64,000 bases of DNA. It comes from Plasmodiophora brassicae (taxonomy: Eukaryota). The position numbers and the translations under genes are program-made. Each line of letters begins with the position of its first letter. Within the stretch, counting starts at the first letter, position 1. Shown piece by piece: positions 13,120-25,884 of the stretch. The notes below the pieces were generated by a model. That model searched no databases, was not told the DNA's origin, and saw only the letters and a program-made list of their open reading frames with translations. The stretch spans positions 558,001-622,000 of the forward strand of contig CP145410.1 of NCBI GenBank assembly GCA_036867785.1, read 5' to 3'.

Positions 13120-15111
13120 ATGATCGCCGTCATCGTCGACATGAGATGGCACCTGTTTCGGTACCTACGCGACCTGGACCGCGATGCAGTCGTGATCGGA
13201 TTCGACGACTACCTGTCAGCTGTGCGTCATGGGTTGACAACGCTCATCAACTTGCAGTTCTGCCAGCGTGCTAGCTTTGATGTGACTGGTTCAGATGAAT
13301 ATTCGTTGTGATACCGTCATTGCTGACCCTTGCGTTCGATACAGTTCGAACGAGCCGAACCCATCGCTGTCGTCGCCTGCAGAACCGACCCAGACGATTG
13401 CGAACTGATTCTGCAACCTCCATACAGCATCGTCGATGCGTACGACGCCATCCAGTGGCTGAAAAGCGATTTGGACAGCATGCTGGTAGACGGCTTTGCG
13501 ATTCCTTCCTCGTTGCGCAATATTGCTGTTAGCAGTACGTCTGTGGTATTTCAGTGCCCCCCACGAATGTCTGATCGCCGGTTGTTTTAGACGCAGCGTC
13601 GTTCAAGTGTCTTGAGCCACAGCTATTCTCTGTGTCGCGTGTTTTCTTTATATCTCCCCTGCTCGCCCATGCCGAACAGCATACGGTTGCAGATGCACTG
13701 CTACTGTGCAAACCAGGTGAAGTGCTGACAGGTTATTGTCTGAACAGGATATCGGCGCCGTCCCGACAATTCCAACTACTGTTATTGCAGTGGCAACCGG
13801 GTCGTTTAAGGAAGCTGAACAGCGTATTCATCGGTGTCTATGCAAACATGGAACGTTGCTTGATGTCGTGGTGATCAGCAATGGTATCCTGTCAAACAGT
13901 CGTGATATGACGTCGAGGACTTAATCTGTATGGCAGACGAACTTGAGTGGACATCGGTCTTCTGGGACGTCCGACAGGAGTCGCTTCAGAACTTCAGCCT
14001 TGCCTTATCCCTGAACTCGCTCACGCCATTCCAAGCTAATCCCCAGCCACTTCTTGAGCTCAGTTGTAGACACTTCTTTGAAGTAATTGACCTTCCACAA
14101 TGGGTTCAGGTATGGAACCAGCAGCTAGAACGACCACAGCTATCCAAACACTAAACAGGTCTGTGAATGTCACGGAAGGTCTGCAACAGATATAGTTCAC
14201 GCGATGTCGAACGGTACCTCTCCGGGACTCCAAGTGGGGCTGGAATACTGCCCCAGCAAACAGGTTCCTGAGGAGGTCGCCGACAATCTCATCACGTGTC
14301 GAACTCTTCAAGCCGATCACTTTATTCCGGTCGATGACGTTTGCGAGACGAAATTGATCGGGCAGGTCCGGTTCTGTCTCTGACTTAATTATCAGTGTGT
14401 TGAACGGCTTTACCCTGCAGATGTTTGTGGCATGGTGCAACAACCCATCGCAGACAGCAATGTGGTCTGAGTTAATTTCCCATTTAAGGTCGAGAAGACT
14501 AGCGCTGCTGGTTCATGGCTGTATACCGGAACTACGCCCCAAGGAACAGCTGCTACTCAACGGCGTGAGCGCGAGGTTCATAATGATCCCGGCGACTTCC
14601 TCCCCAGTGGGCGCGCCTGACTCGGTCCCTTTCGCGTTAATTCGAGTAAGAACAAACAGTCGACGTCCGTTGGCTCTCAGTGCCCTAAAGTGTGGACGCA
14701 GATGTGCTTGTTCGTAGAGCAGCTGCTCCCATGGATGGCAACTGTAGAGAATTCGTCGTCCGATGACCCGTACTCGGAAGATGACGCGATGTTGTTCGAC
14801 AGCGTCAGCCGTTTGGAGTTTTCTGCCAAATTCCAACTGACCAGCGTTCGATGTCGCAGATCCCGCAGATCCATGACGTATCAGAACTGATAGTTAGCAA
14901 TGCGTTCCACGGTACGGTCCAGTGCCGTCAGGGCTAATGATCGTCCGGTAATGCTAACTCTCTGTTTGAGACATCGTTCGCGATGCTGTACAATCCATTG
15001 AAACACGTCGAGACACAGAAGGGCGTCTTGAAGCACCCCTCTCAGCGCAACTCGAGGCCTGAGCTTATTGTTATCGTCGACTTCAATGCTCCTAGGTTTC
15101 AATGCTTGTAA
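13120..15111 (+). CDS. Hypothetical protein resembling meiosis 1 arrest protein (M1AP)
   Basis: Multi-exon; vWA-like start (AVIVDM...PIAVVAC) and segments LQADHFIPVDDVCETKLIG, WSELISHLRSRRLALLVHG, ARFIMIP, EQLLP and a probable last exon YNPLKH, in the order I recall for M1AP. Stop at 14890 or 15111. Confidence 0.45.
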
Positions 15112-15237
15112 CAGTAAACGGTCAGCTTCAAAGAACGTACGCGAGTGTCAGCATACAAGTAGGCGTACCTGTACCGTGTTTCGATCCAATCTTCGTGGTT
15201 GCTGTGCAATCGTCGCGTGACCGGGCTGCCTAGCGGA

Positions 15238-16475
15238 ATGAAGACACACCCGGGTGCCGGCGTCCAGCTGGACAGGGTTACGCTACAGAATGGCGAGACG
15301 ACGCCTGTCGGAACGGTCAACCGGCCAGGAAAGCAGGAAGTCGAAGAAAGGTACCGCACCAGTCTTCGCATCCCGCCTTAAGCGACTGATATGGACGGTG
15401 ACGCATAGAGTCCCACAGAACATTATGTTCGACAGGCGTGTATGCAGAGGAAGTAACTATCTGCATCGGTCGGCCATCCCCGATCAGCAGCCAACGAAGC
15501 CAACGCCAAGGCGTCGAGGCCAGCGACACGGTTCTTTGACGTCGCGCCCGGAAGGGGAGCGCCAAGGTACGGATGCTACGAAGACGCCCGAGCCAGTTCA
15601 AGGACGCCAGCATGCCGACATTCAGACCATGAACTATCTCGAAGTGCTAGAAGCGCGATACGAGGAGAAGGATCAGGGCATGCAGACGGATCCATTTCTG
15701 GACCGTCCCGACTCGCCACGTTTCGTTCCCAAGAAGTTGGGAGATCACAAACAGACCCAGGTCGAGCCAGGCGACCTGTTTGATTTCGACATCGAGGTGG
15801 AGCCCATCCTGGAAGTCCTTGTGGGCAAGATCCTCGATCAGTCAGTGATGGAGGTCATTGAGGAGACCGAGCTCACCGCCATCCGCTACAAACAGGATCA
15901 GTTCGAGCAGATGCGGAACGTCGAGCTTGCCGAGGCACAGCGTATCGAAGCCCGGGAAACCCGGCTATTCGAGGAGAAGCAACGACGGAAGTTGCAAGAG
16001 AAGGAGCGCTTACGAGTCGAAGCGGTCACCGCCAAGAAGCTCGCGGCGCGCACAGCAGCGAAGGCGTGCCTGGAAGGTATAGTGTACTGACACCACTGAC
16101 GACACCTTACGTATGACTCGCGCATATGCAGATCTACAGAACAAGGTCATCACGACATTGCAGGCCAGCAAACACTTTACAGATCCTGTTGTCACCGAGG
16201 TCGAATCGCAGTTCATGCCCTGGATCATCCAAACGTCCAAGCAGAAATACAGCGACGCCAGCGTGGCCGCCGCCGTCGTCAACGATGCCGTCAACGACGC
16301 CTTGGCGCGCGGCGTCGCCCAGAACGAGGAAACCGCTCAGCAACGCCGGGAGTACCTGGCCGAGCTCGCCAAGATTCGCAAGGCCAAAGAAGCTGAAGAA
16401 GCAGCCGCCGCTGCTGCTACCGCTGCCGCTGCCGCTGTCGCCGCCGCCGCAGAACAGAAACCTGACGAGGAGTAG
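15238..16475 (+). CDS. RSPH3: Radial spoke protein 3
   Basis: PQNIMFDRRVCRGSNY, TPEPVQGRQHADIQT, QTDPFLDRPDSPRFVP, DLFDFDIEVEPILEVLVGKILDQSVMEV; 3 exons; poly-Ala tail. Confidence 0.93.
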
Positions 16476-16651
16476 CAACCAGAACGGTCTATTCACTACA
16501 GAGAGCCGTCCTCCAATGAAACGTTCCGTATGTGACTGGGTTCATCTACTGCGTAAAGACGGCGCGCCGAAGGCGAAGCAGCGCCGCAGCGGCGGTGCTT
16601 GCGCAACTCCGTGGTGGGGCTGGGTGGTGCGCCGCGGCTTCCTGGCATGCA

Positions 16652-18212
16652 ATGACGTCCAAGGCCGAGTACCTGAAACGGTACCTGAGCGGGGGCGACG
16701 ATGCCAATCGAGATACGAAGACGGCGAGGAAGAAGGCTAAGCGGAAGAAAGGCGATGTCAAGATTATTGACGAATCCAGTGACTGGGAGGCCGACCAGCG
16801 GCGTTTGCAGCGGCTGAAGCGTAAGGCGGATTGTGGTGGTTGTATCGTGGTCGATTGTGATAGTGTTTATGCGTTCAGGATTGGATGAAGAACAGGCTGT
16901 CAGAAACGCTCAACAGATCGCTGAGGCGAAGGTTCGGGCCGAGGAGCAACGCCGATACCTTCAGCGCGTCCAAGACGGCAGCGGGTGGACGACCATCGCC
17001 AAGCCCGAATCCAGCCAACCTCAGCAACCGGAATCGTCACCCGCGGGAGCACCTGCTGATGATAACGATTTTTCGCCCGTTCGCAGGCGTCATGATTCGC
17101 CGGATCGCATGATGAAGTGCAATGACGACGACCTATCACCTGTACGGGCGCGTCATGACTCGCCTGATCGTGAGCCAGTCGAGCGTGTTTCGTCTCCTCT
17201 TCGTACGCATCGTGACTCGCCCGACCTGTCTCCTGCCCGGCGACAACGTGATTCTTCTGCGACACTCTCGCCTGCTGGGGACCTGTCTCCGGTTCGACGA
17301 GGGCCACCTACCCAACGTGATTTGTCTCCCGACCGGAAGCGTCGTGGTCCTCGAGACCTGTCCCCCGTCAGACAGCGACATGATTCCCCGTCTAGGCTTC
17401 CCCCGGGTGGCGATCTGTCGCCCGTTCGACGTCGGCCGCCTGTCGAGTCGGGCAGGGACTTGTCTCCTGCTCCGAAACGAAGCAGTGCGGATCGTGGTGA
17501 TATTTCGCCAGTACGGAGGCCATCTGGGAATCTCTCTCCAGCTCGAACACCGGCACCTGACTTGTCACCTCCCCGTGTTGCGAAAACGATCGCACGTGAC
17601 GTCCATGGACGTGTCATCAATGTCGACGAAGCTGTGAGTGCTCGAGAACGGCAACAGCGGGAAGAGGAGGAGAAGAAAGCGATGTTCTGGTCATCCGGGA
17701 TCGTTCAACAGGAAGAGCGAACGCAGCGAGTCAACGAGATGCGCAAGGCGGCCGATGCGGCGTTCTCGAGGACGGTCGACGATGCCGAGATGAACGCAGA
17801 ACTGAAAGAAGCCGCCCGATTCGGCGACCCGATGCAGCAGTTCATGGCGAGGAAGGCAGAGGAGAAGGCAGCGAAGGCCAAGCTCAAGCTGGAAAAGGCA
17901 CGTCTCAAAGAGGAGAAACGGTTGGCCAAAGAGAAACGGAAGCTGGAGAAGAGCCTGAAGAGTCTGGGTGTCGAAGAGACCGACGCCATCGTCGCAGATA
18001 CACTACGCGAGCAGGAAGAGCGGCTTCCCACCTGGACCGTCCGGCCAAGGTACACTGGCGCACCCTGGGCGAACCGTTTCGGCATCCTGCCCGGGTACAG
18101 GTGGGACGGCGTCGACCGCACGAACCAGTGGGAGACGAAACGTTTCCAGGCGGAAGCCGATCGTCAGGCGATGAAAACGGCCGCCTACCACTACTCGGTC
18201 GAGGATATGTAA
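16652..18212 (+). CDS. BUD13: BUD13 (RES complex splicing factor)
   Basis: MTSKAEYLKRYLS start, many RHDSP/DLSPxR repeats, RFGDPM, NRFGILPGYRWDGVDRTN, ...YSVEDM*. Confidence 0.93.
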
Positions 18213-18367
18213 ACGCCAATGTAATTATGTGGGACCTGTTTCTTGTTCTTGTTGTTATTGCGCAGTCGTCGTTCCGCTCCTGGAGGTGCACTTTGGAAGT
18301 TGTGCGCGACGGTGACCCTATCCGGGCGTGCGTCATTCCGCGATAGGTGTGGGGCAGCTCTGTCCTG

Positions 18368-21271
18368 ATGATTGTCGAGGCGCGCAAGCGCAGCAAGACC
18401 TGCCATGGGGAGGCGGATCCGGTCGTGACGCCGGCCGGGTATCGGGTCCGCCGATCGCAGCTGGTGAGGGCGATCGAGCAGGCGCTGCGCGATCTCGGGC
18501 ATGTTCGGGCGCTGTCGGCGCTCGAGACCGAGAGTAGGGTCACGCTGCAGACGCCGACGAGTGTGGCAATTGCCGATTGGGTGCGGAATAGCCAGTGGGA
18601 TCAGGTAGGGCGTCGCGGCGTGCTGGGCGTGTGTCAACCTGGGCTAACGCCAGGCAGCTGCTTGCGGCATTGCCGAGCCTGTCGTGGGCTGACGGGTCCC
18701 ATTTGGAGAAGGCCACGGCAGAGATCGTGCGGTATCAGTTCTTCGAGCTGTGTAACGAAGGACGTTATGTCGAGGTAATCCGGGCCATTACGATCAGGGC
18801 TTGCCGGGGAGTTCTCACTGTGCACAGGCAATCGAATGCCTGCGTCGAGGGCCGCCGTACGTCCATGCACTGTCCCGATTTGTCATGTTCAGCAACGCCG
18901 AGCGGCTAAGATCTGCGTCCGGGATGACGCTGGAAGAGAAGTCGCTCTCAAAAGCGAATGTACTTTCTTTGCTACAGGTCAGGCGCGCCGTTTCTGATCA
19001 GTCATGAGGAGGTTCCTCAACTGTGGCGTCAGGAGATTATCAACCAAGATGACTTCATTGAGGACGCGCGTCTGTTGACACTCGTCGACAATGCGTATCA
19101 ACTGGGGCACTCTGCCACCCAGCAAGGGGCCGCTTGTCTGAACGCTACCTTGTCGTGCAGTAATGGAGTTGACGGAGAAATGGGCGATCGCCATGAAGTA
19201 TTGACAACGCCTGCCGGAGTCTGGCTGTGCCCGTATGAGTGGACCCGCATCCTTCTCCAGTCTGTGCGAGACCTTGGGTTCTCAACGACGTACGAAGTCC
19301 TCGTCGAGGAATCTGGCGTTACAATGGAACATGCACTTGCCACGCAAGTCAGGCAAGACGCCGAGTATGGCCAATGGGATCGTGTTCTGGATTGTCTCAG
19401 TGTCGCCTGTCGCGACTCGCACAACCTGGATGAGGCCCGCCGTGTTGTCCTTAAGCAGAAGTTCTTCGAACTGTGTGAGCGGAATCATTTTACGGAGGTA
19501 ACCAAGGCGAGAATCTAGCGACGTCTTCCGAGATGGTTTACTATTTGTTTTAGGCGGTTGAGTGCCTTCGCCAATCGCCAAGTGAACTGGCTGGCCTCTC
19601 AAGATTTCTCATGTTTCCCGATCCTGCTCGCATCCGCGCTGAAGCGGGTCTGAGTGGTGACGTCAATATGTGCCGATCGCAGACCATATCGACGCTGGAG
19701 GTGCGCTTCGTAATCATGGCGTACGAAACGGAAAATAATCACTTGCAACAGGCTCTGCTGGACCCAGGCTTATTCCTCAAGCCGGACCGGCTGCTGTCGA
19801 TCATTGATGACGCAATGCAGTATCAAATTGGGCAATGCTTGTTCCACAACGAGCGAACAACAACGGCGTACATTTTGAAACGACATCAATGCTCGTGTGA
19901 CAACATACCCAGCTACTGTGCCGAGGCCAGTCGTATTTGCGATGTGCAAATTCCATCGCTGACAGCTTGCTCAGGTTGTCGAGGGTCACACGGACGAAGT
20001 GTGGTTTGTCCAGTTTTCTCATGACGGGAAGCGATTGGCAACGGCGTCGCGTGACTCGACTGTTCGCATATGGGAATTCGATGTCCGGTCTCGCTGTTGG
20101 CCACGCCTGTACGACTCACAACTCAGCGGGCGCCTGCGTGTAGGAACCTCGCGGGGTGACCGTCCAGCAACACTGCCTCCGCGGTCATTCCAAGCGGGCG
20201 TACGTTTCATATGTATCATGGTCGGACGATGATTCCCTGCTGGTAACCTGTGGTACTGGGCGGCAGGTATCGTGTCTGCCCCTGGCTGTATTGAGAATTC
20301 CGGTTAACGTTCGTGTGGCGCAGGCGACCGTCTGGGACACACACTCTGGTGCCAAGGTATGCCGTCTGAAGGGCCACAGGGAGCAAGTTCTTGCATGCGC
20401 TTGGGTGCCGAAGTTAAGGCAAATCGTGACGGGATCAGTCGACCAATATGTGCTCAGTCACGTATCATATCTAAGTGGCAACCTGCTGATATTGATGCTT
20501 AGATAATGCTGTGGAACACGGATGGTGAGCGCTTGTATTCATGGCGAATGGACGGAGCAATTAACGATCTGTGCGTCGCGAAAGATGGGTAATGGTTTGC
20601 ATGTAATCATAGTCAATGTTCTCTGCTGACTGTTGCAGATCTGTCATGCTTGCTGGCTCAACAAATTTGACAGGTATCATTGCTTATGCGATATAGCAAA
20701 CGACGTATTGAAGTGGTAACAAATGGATTTACAGTTCACATGTTCAACCTCGAAACAAAGCAAGCTACGGAATGCTTGCGAGAGCCGACCCAAACAATCA
20801 TAGCGTTCTCAATGTCCTCTGATGCATCTCACGTTCTTCTCAATGTGGTCAAGCCTCCAGCTATCCACATGTGGCGCATTAACCCAAGGGATAGCCAAGG
20901 TCGGGCAACTCTTGTCCGAAAGTTCATTGGAGCCACACAGGACCGCTTCATCGTTCGGTCGGCGTTTGGAGGGGTTGACGAAAATTTCGTTATATCGGGG
21001 AGCGAAGACAGTAACGTGTACATATGGCACCGGCATTCGGGCACCTTGCTAGTTAACCTTCATGGCCACAAGGTTGGTAGTGGGAGGACCTGTGTTTGCA
21101 ATCTGCAATCTCTGAACAGTTTAACAGAGCAGCGTGAATTCGGTTTCCTGGAGTCCAACGAACCCATTCATGGTTGCGTCTGCTAGCGACGATTTTACGA
21201 TCCGGATATGGAAAGCCAGAAAGGAGATGGAGCGAGATCGAGACGAGCCGGCCTTAACATGTACAGGTTGA
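18368..21271 (+). CDS. WDR26: WDR26/GID7-like protein with two tandem LisH-CTLH modules and a WD40 propeller
   Basis: Lis[22 protein letters not shown] and a second [29 protein letters not shown]...[60 protein letters not shown]. Confidence 0.85.
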
Positions 21272-21406
21272 CCCTGCCAACGGCGCGGTATGCCAATAAA
21301 CAGGGGGCGGCGTGCCCGGATAACAGTATGGTCATGGGGAAATTGATAACAATCCCATTCGTTTAGTGCTCGAAGCTCAGACAACGCTTACGACGTTGCC
21401 ACGCTG

Positions 21407-22782
21407 TCAGTCACGCACGGATGCAGTCTTCACAATGTCTGCGATGACGCCAGCGGCTGTGACCTCCAGTCCGGCTCCTTTCCCACGGACAACAAGGGGG
21501 CTCTCCTTGTAGACGCTAGTCGTGAATGAAACCTGTTGCGAGTCGTCAGGCTCTGGGCGCCCCAAACCATCCCTCAATCGTACCAAATTGTCAGATCCTT
21601 TTAGCGACCCAATTGGGGATGATCGGGGCACGATCTGCATTCCAACGGTGATTTCTGGATCGGATCGTTCGCCAAATGACACTTGTGCAACGTAACGAAG
21701 GACACAGCCTTTGGCGGACGCCACCTTCACCTTGTCACTATATTCGTCGTCTAGTTCCGTTAGCGACTATAATATATATCGACAAAGTCTGGCTTAGATA
21801 CGAGGCTGACGAACAACGATATCGAACCTTCATGAACTGCTCGACGGACAGCTGCGAGAAGCGCGAAGGAAAGAGCGACTCGACCTTGACATGGTTGAGC
21901 TCGACACCGGTTGCACCGCAGATCCGTGCAAGAATCAGAATCTTCCGGGCGACATCGATGCCACTCAAGTCATCCCTAGGATCCGGTTCGCAATACCCGA
22001 GTCTGTGTGCCTCTGTCGTGGGCCATCATTCCTCTACATGAGAAACGTACATTCGCACTGACCTGCAATCGCATCACTGTAACGAGTCCCTTTCTCAAGC
22101 TCCGACATCAGGTACCCAAGTGTCCCACTGAGAACCCCTTGGATGGATACAACCTGGGCGTAAACGTTAGTTGAACTTATAACACATTAACAGGGATCCG
22201 ATGGTAATCCTTACCTGGTCGCCGCTGCTGATGAGCCTTTCGAGGCAAGAAATAACGGGCGTACCGGCGCCGACGGTTGATTCGATCCCGATACGAAACG
22301 TGTCGATGTGAAGTCCCTGGAACCATACGAACCTGTTAACGGGTCGACAGCTGCCACTGAAGTGCCTATCCACAGACCGTGAATAAGGTGGGAGACCCAG
22401 TTAGTGGCTTCTTATTGGCCATAACGACACGAGCGCCACGGTTGCTGGCTTCAACGAGTATCGGTCCCGTTACGTCCGACGCGGACGTGTCAACCACGAC
22501 AGAACGATGCCCAATTGATTGCATTGGCAGGGTCGACGTTTTCGTTCCCGCTGCATGTTCGCCGACAGCCCGCCCATCCTCCTTGCATGCCAGTACGGAG
22601 TCGACCAGATCATCCGGCAGCCCGTCATCCGCCCAGACGCCTCCTGTGCTGTCGAACAGCCCGCAGACGACAAACTGGACGCCGAATCGTGCCCCATGGA
22701 TGCGCCTCGATTGGCGCAGACCGCGAATCACCTGACGCCCGACACGACCGACTCCAATCACATAAACCCGATACGATTGCAT
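21407..22782 (-). CDS. Homoserine dehydrogenase (monofunctional)
   Basis: Rossmann VIGVGRVG, VVVDTSAS, VVMANKKP, ESTVGAGTPVI, GVLSGTLGY, CEPDPRDDLSGIDVARKILILAR, GKGAGLEVTAAGVIADI. Confidence 0.93.
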
Positions 22783-23026
22783 TTTTGGCTATCTCAGCGC
22801 GGATCAGCAGCTGAACAGCTCCACTTCGGCCGGCAACGCCTCGCGTTTTATTCAGAACACAAGAAGCACTGAAGCATGCAAAGTTCCCCGCTTTGTTAAC
22901 TGGACTCGTCCGAGACTATTCCGCGGAACATTCCGGCATCGTCCCTGGAACCTTCCCGAAGAACGTTCTCGGAAGCGCGAGTCAAATATAGGAGCACGAG
23001 GCTCAGCGACAGAGGTCATTAGCGAA

Positions 23027-23719
23027 ATGTTCGAGGAAGCGCAAGAGAGGAAGAGTGAACCAATGTCGGAAGTTATGCTGCGACCGGGCGAGATCCTTCG
23101 TCAGCTCTGGACGGACACGCCGCCAATGGAGCCGACCATTCTCGAGCCCGTCGAGCCTAACGACGATGAGATTGAGGAGATTATTGTCGGCGACATTCCT
23201 GCCACCGAGCGGCCATACATCAAGCCACAGCGGCCGCAATCGACGACGTCAGCGACGAATGTCGACGCGAACCCTCCTGCACCATCGCAGCTCTCCGGCA
23301 AGACCGAGATACCTGTCGTCCATGTCCGCAACCAGAAGCGGCCGACGCCAGCACCAGCACCAGCAAGATCGGGAAAGCCTGGTGACGCTAATCCCCGCAA
23401 AGGACATCAGCCCGGGCTCAGGCCCGAGGCGACACCATGGACATCGTGTGCACCGCAGCGATGCTCCCCCCAACATATCCCTCAGCAGCGGCGTCCCATG
23501 TCAGCACGGCGTCGCCGACCACAGCCCCGCCCGACCAACAGCGACATGTTCTACGACCAGTGGGGCAACCCCATCCTCGTGCCGCGAGCACGCCCGGCAA
23601 CGCAAGCGGCTCCATGCCGGGGTTACGACTACATCCCCTACACCTGCAACCCGCTCTCCTACAACCAACCCTACATGTACAGCCCGTTTCTCAGCCACCT
23701 CGTCGATGGGCCCTGGTGA
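23027..23719 (+). CDS. Hypothetical Pro/Arg-rich low-complexity protein (single exon)
   Basis: 230-aa ATG ORF divergent from homoserine dehydrogenase; no recognisable domain. Confidence 0.5.
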   Translation: MFEEAQERKSEPMSEVMLRPGEILRQLWTDTPPMEPTILEPVEPNDDEIEEIIVGDIPATERPYIKPQRPQSTTSATNVDANPPAPSQLSGKTEIPVVHVRNQKRPTPAPAPARSGKPGDANPRKGHQPGLRPEATPWTSCAPQRCSPQHIPQQRRPMSARRRRPQPRPTNSDMFYDQWGNPILVPRARPATQAAPCRGYDYIPYTCNPLSYNQPYMYSPFLSHLVDGPW

Positions 23720-24079
23720 ACACCTCACAATACATGCACCTATTTATTCATCCAAGCTCATCATCACGGCCACGTAGTTTCCGGTGCTCGGCGGTCGAGG
23801 CGCTGCCAGTCGTACGCAGTGCAGCCACGTGTTCCAGTGGCACGCGATCTAGAATAACTGCAGGCGGCGCTACTGGACGTCATTGCCCGCGTGCGCTGCG
23901 TGACTCACCGGCATCAAGCGCGGCTCGCAGTTTCTGCTGGCCCGCGCCGAGGCGGTGTCTCCATTGCTGTGTTTTTCGTTACAGAGACGCGGGAGCGCGC
24001 GCAGGAAGGCCGTGCGCCGGTATCAGACGTCGGATCGCACAGACAGGACGGGGGCGCAGTGCGGCCAGGCGCCAGCGAC

Positions 24080-24853
24080 ATGGACGAGGTCGCCGAGACC
24101 CTCGACTTCTTCGTCTTCTCGCACAAGCGGTCGTCCGCGTACACGGGCATCGTCACGTTCGTCCTGACGACGCCGGACCAGCGCGAGCACTGCCGGTCCG
24201 TCCATGTGCTGCCGGGCGGGTCGGTGCGCGTCTACCCGATGCATCATCCGGACACGAATTGTGTCGTACGGATGACACGCGACGCGTTCCTGGATGTGTA
24301 TAATGGGCACATGCATCCGAAACAGGCCGTCCTCGGCGGCCATCTTCGTATAGACGGGTTCCGATATGCGGAGCTCAGCAGGTATTTGACGAACGCGTTT
24401 CATGAATGGTTGACATCATATTGAATATTTTGAATGTGCAGATTCCTCCATTCCTTTGATTTTAGCTCCAGTCAATGGCGGCAGTTCTACCAGGCTCGTG
24501 ACAATCCATCATCTGCCGCCCTGGACGTTATGCTGAGCTCATGGAAATCGATGCTGATTCCGACCGCCCATGCCCAGTCGTCGTCAATGTCGTTGCATCT
24601 GTCTCGACGCGTTCTAACGCAGTCCAAGATTCAAGACGCTATCGACAGGGGCGCCGTGGCGATGCCGCCTGTCGGTTCGTTCAGCTCGTTTGATCGCAGG
24701 AGAGTAAATCTGCCACATACTGCGATGGCGGCCCTGCAAATCCATAAGAGTCAGACGGCGAAACTAGCGAGGACGTTATCGTCGCGCGCTCTCGCCAACC
24801 GAGCTGTTCCGCTTTCGAGAGAACATGCTGACTTCATGCATCGCATGCTCTGA
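24080..24853 (+). CDS. SCP2 sterol-carrier-like domain protein (2 exons)
   Basis: DTNCVVRMTRDAFLDVYNGHMHPKQAVLGGHLRIDG resembles the SCP2 C-terminal motif; GT..AG intron near 24381-24441. Confidence 0.6.
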
Positions 24854-25022
24854 TGGCATCGTTATGGCTAGCAGTATCGGCGGGTCTTCATATCATATAT
24901 CCTTTGACCACCCATATGTAAAGTATACCGTATCCGACACCGGAATTTCAAAGTCTATTACTATTAGTCGCGCGACTCGTCGTCGATCTTCCACGAATTG
25001 ACACCATGGCTGCGCAGTGCAT

Positions 25023-25884
25023 TCAAACGGCCGGACCAGACGCCTGCGATAGCGTTGACTGTGCACAGATCGTTTAGCGGCTGGGCAATGTGTTAACGAT
25101 TTGTGGGCACCCACCGCACAAGACGGACACTTAACAGCCCGCTCGTCAATTGCCGAGAAGCAGTACTCGCACTCGCGTGCAACGGTAGTGGCCTCCTTCT
25201 TTGCACTGCTGAAAACTACGACGCCCGTTCAGTGGCCACGGAAGATACCGTTCGGGGAAATAACCTACTGCGAATGAGTATGAAGAGGAACGCCGAGATA
25301 ATTATGAAGTTCAGTGTTGTGCGAAGAAAGGTTCCGTACGCGAACACGACCGCTCCTTCCTTTCTCGCTAATTGGTTCGATGGTCAGTTAGAGACTGTAC
25401 AATTGATGCGGACATGGTGTACACCTTCAGCGAGCACGTCGAAATGGCACCCGGGATTCTTGCGAGGACAGCGAAGAATGACAAACATGTCTTCGATGCC
25501 CCTGGGCACTATTGGTCGCAATGGTTTCACAATGTGATAACGCAGTGAACTCGCGAGTTCAGTTACGGAGGAATAGGAACACGATCGGAGTGATCACTGT
25601 TGGAGAACGTTATGGACTATAGCATCGTCAGATGGGGCATCTTACGGTCTTCAGAAAAGGATGAAACGACAGCCCCGAATGCGGCGCCGAGGATGACACC
25701 AGTAGCCAATTCGAACGCGCTGCCCTTATAGAGAAACTCCTTAAAGTCATGGCACAACGTTCTTGCACTCGCCACTTCTTCTCGTAGTGCCACGTAGACC
25801 TGAAAACGGCAGTGTTTTACCATTAGATCCACCAAAGATAGCACGTGGACTGCATCATACCCTGTTGTCGCCTCGGTTGACCAT
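25023..25884 (-). CDS. mscL: MscL-like mechanosensitive channel with C-terminal CxxC-CxxC zinc ribbon, intron-containing
   Basis: DFKEFLYKGSAFELATGVILGAAFGAVVSSF (S1 helix + TM1), GAVVFAYGTFLRTTLNFIIISAFLFILIR (TM2), RECEYCFSAIDERAVKCPSCAS; about 5 GT-AG introns. Confidence 0.88.

Noticed and set aside
17060-17580. Regularly spaced repeats resembling an array or CRISPR
   Set aside because: They encode the DLSPxR/RHDSP repeats typical of BUD13; degenerate at third positions, no repeat-spacer structure.
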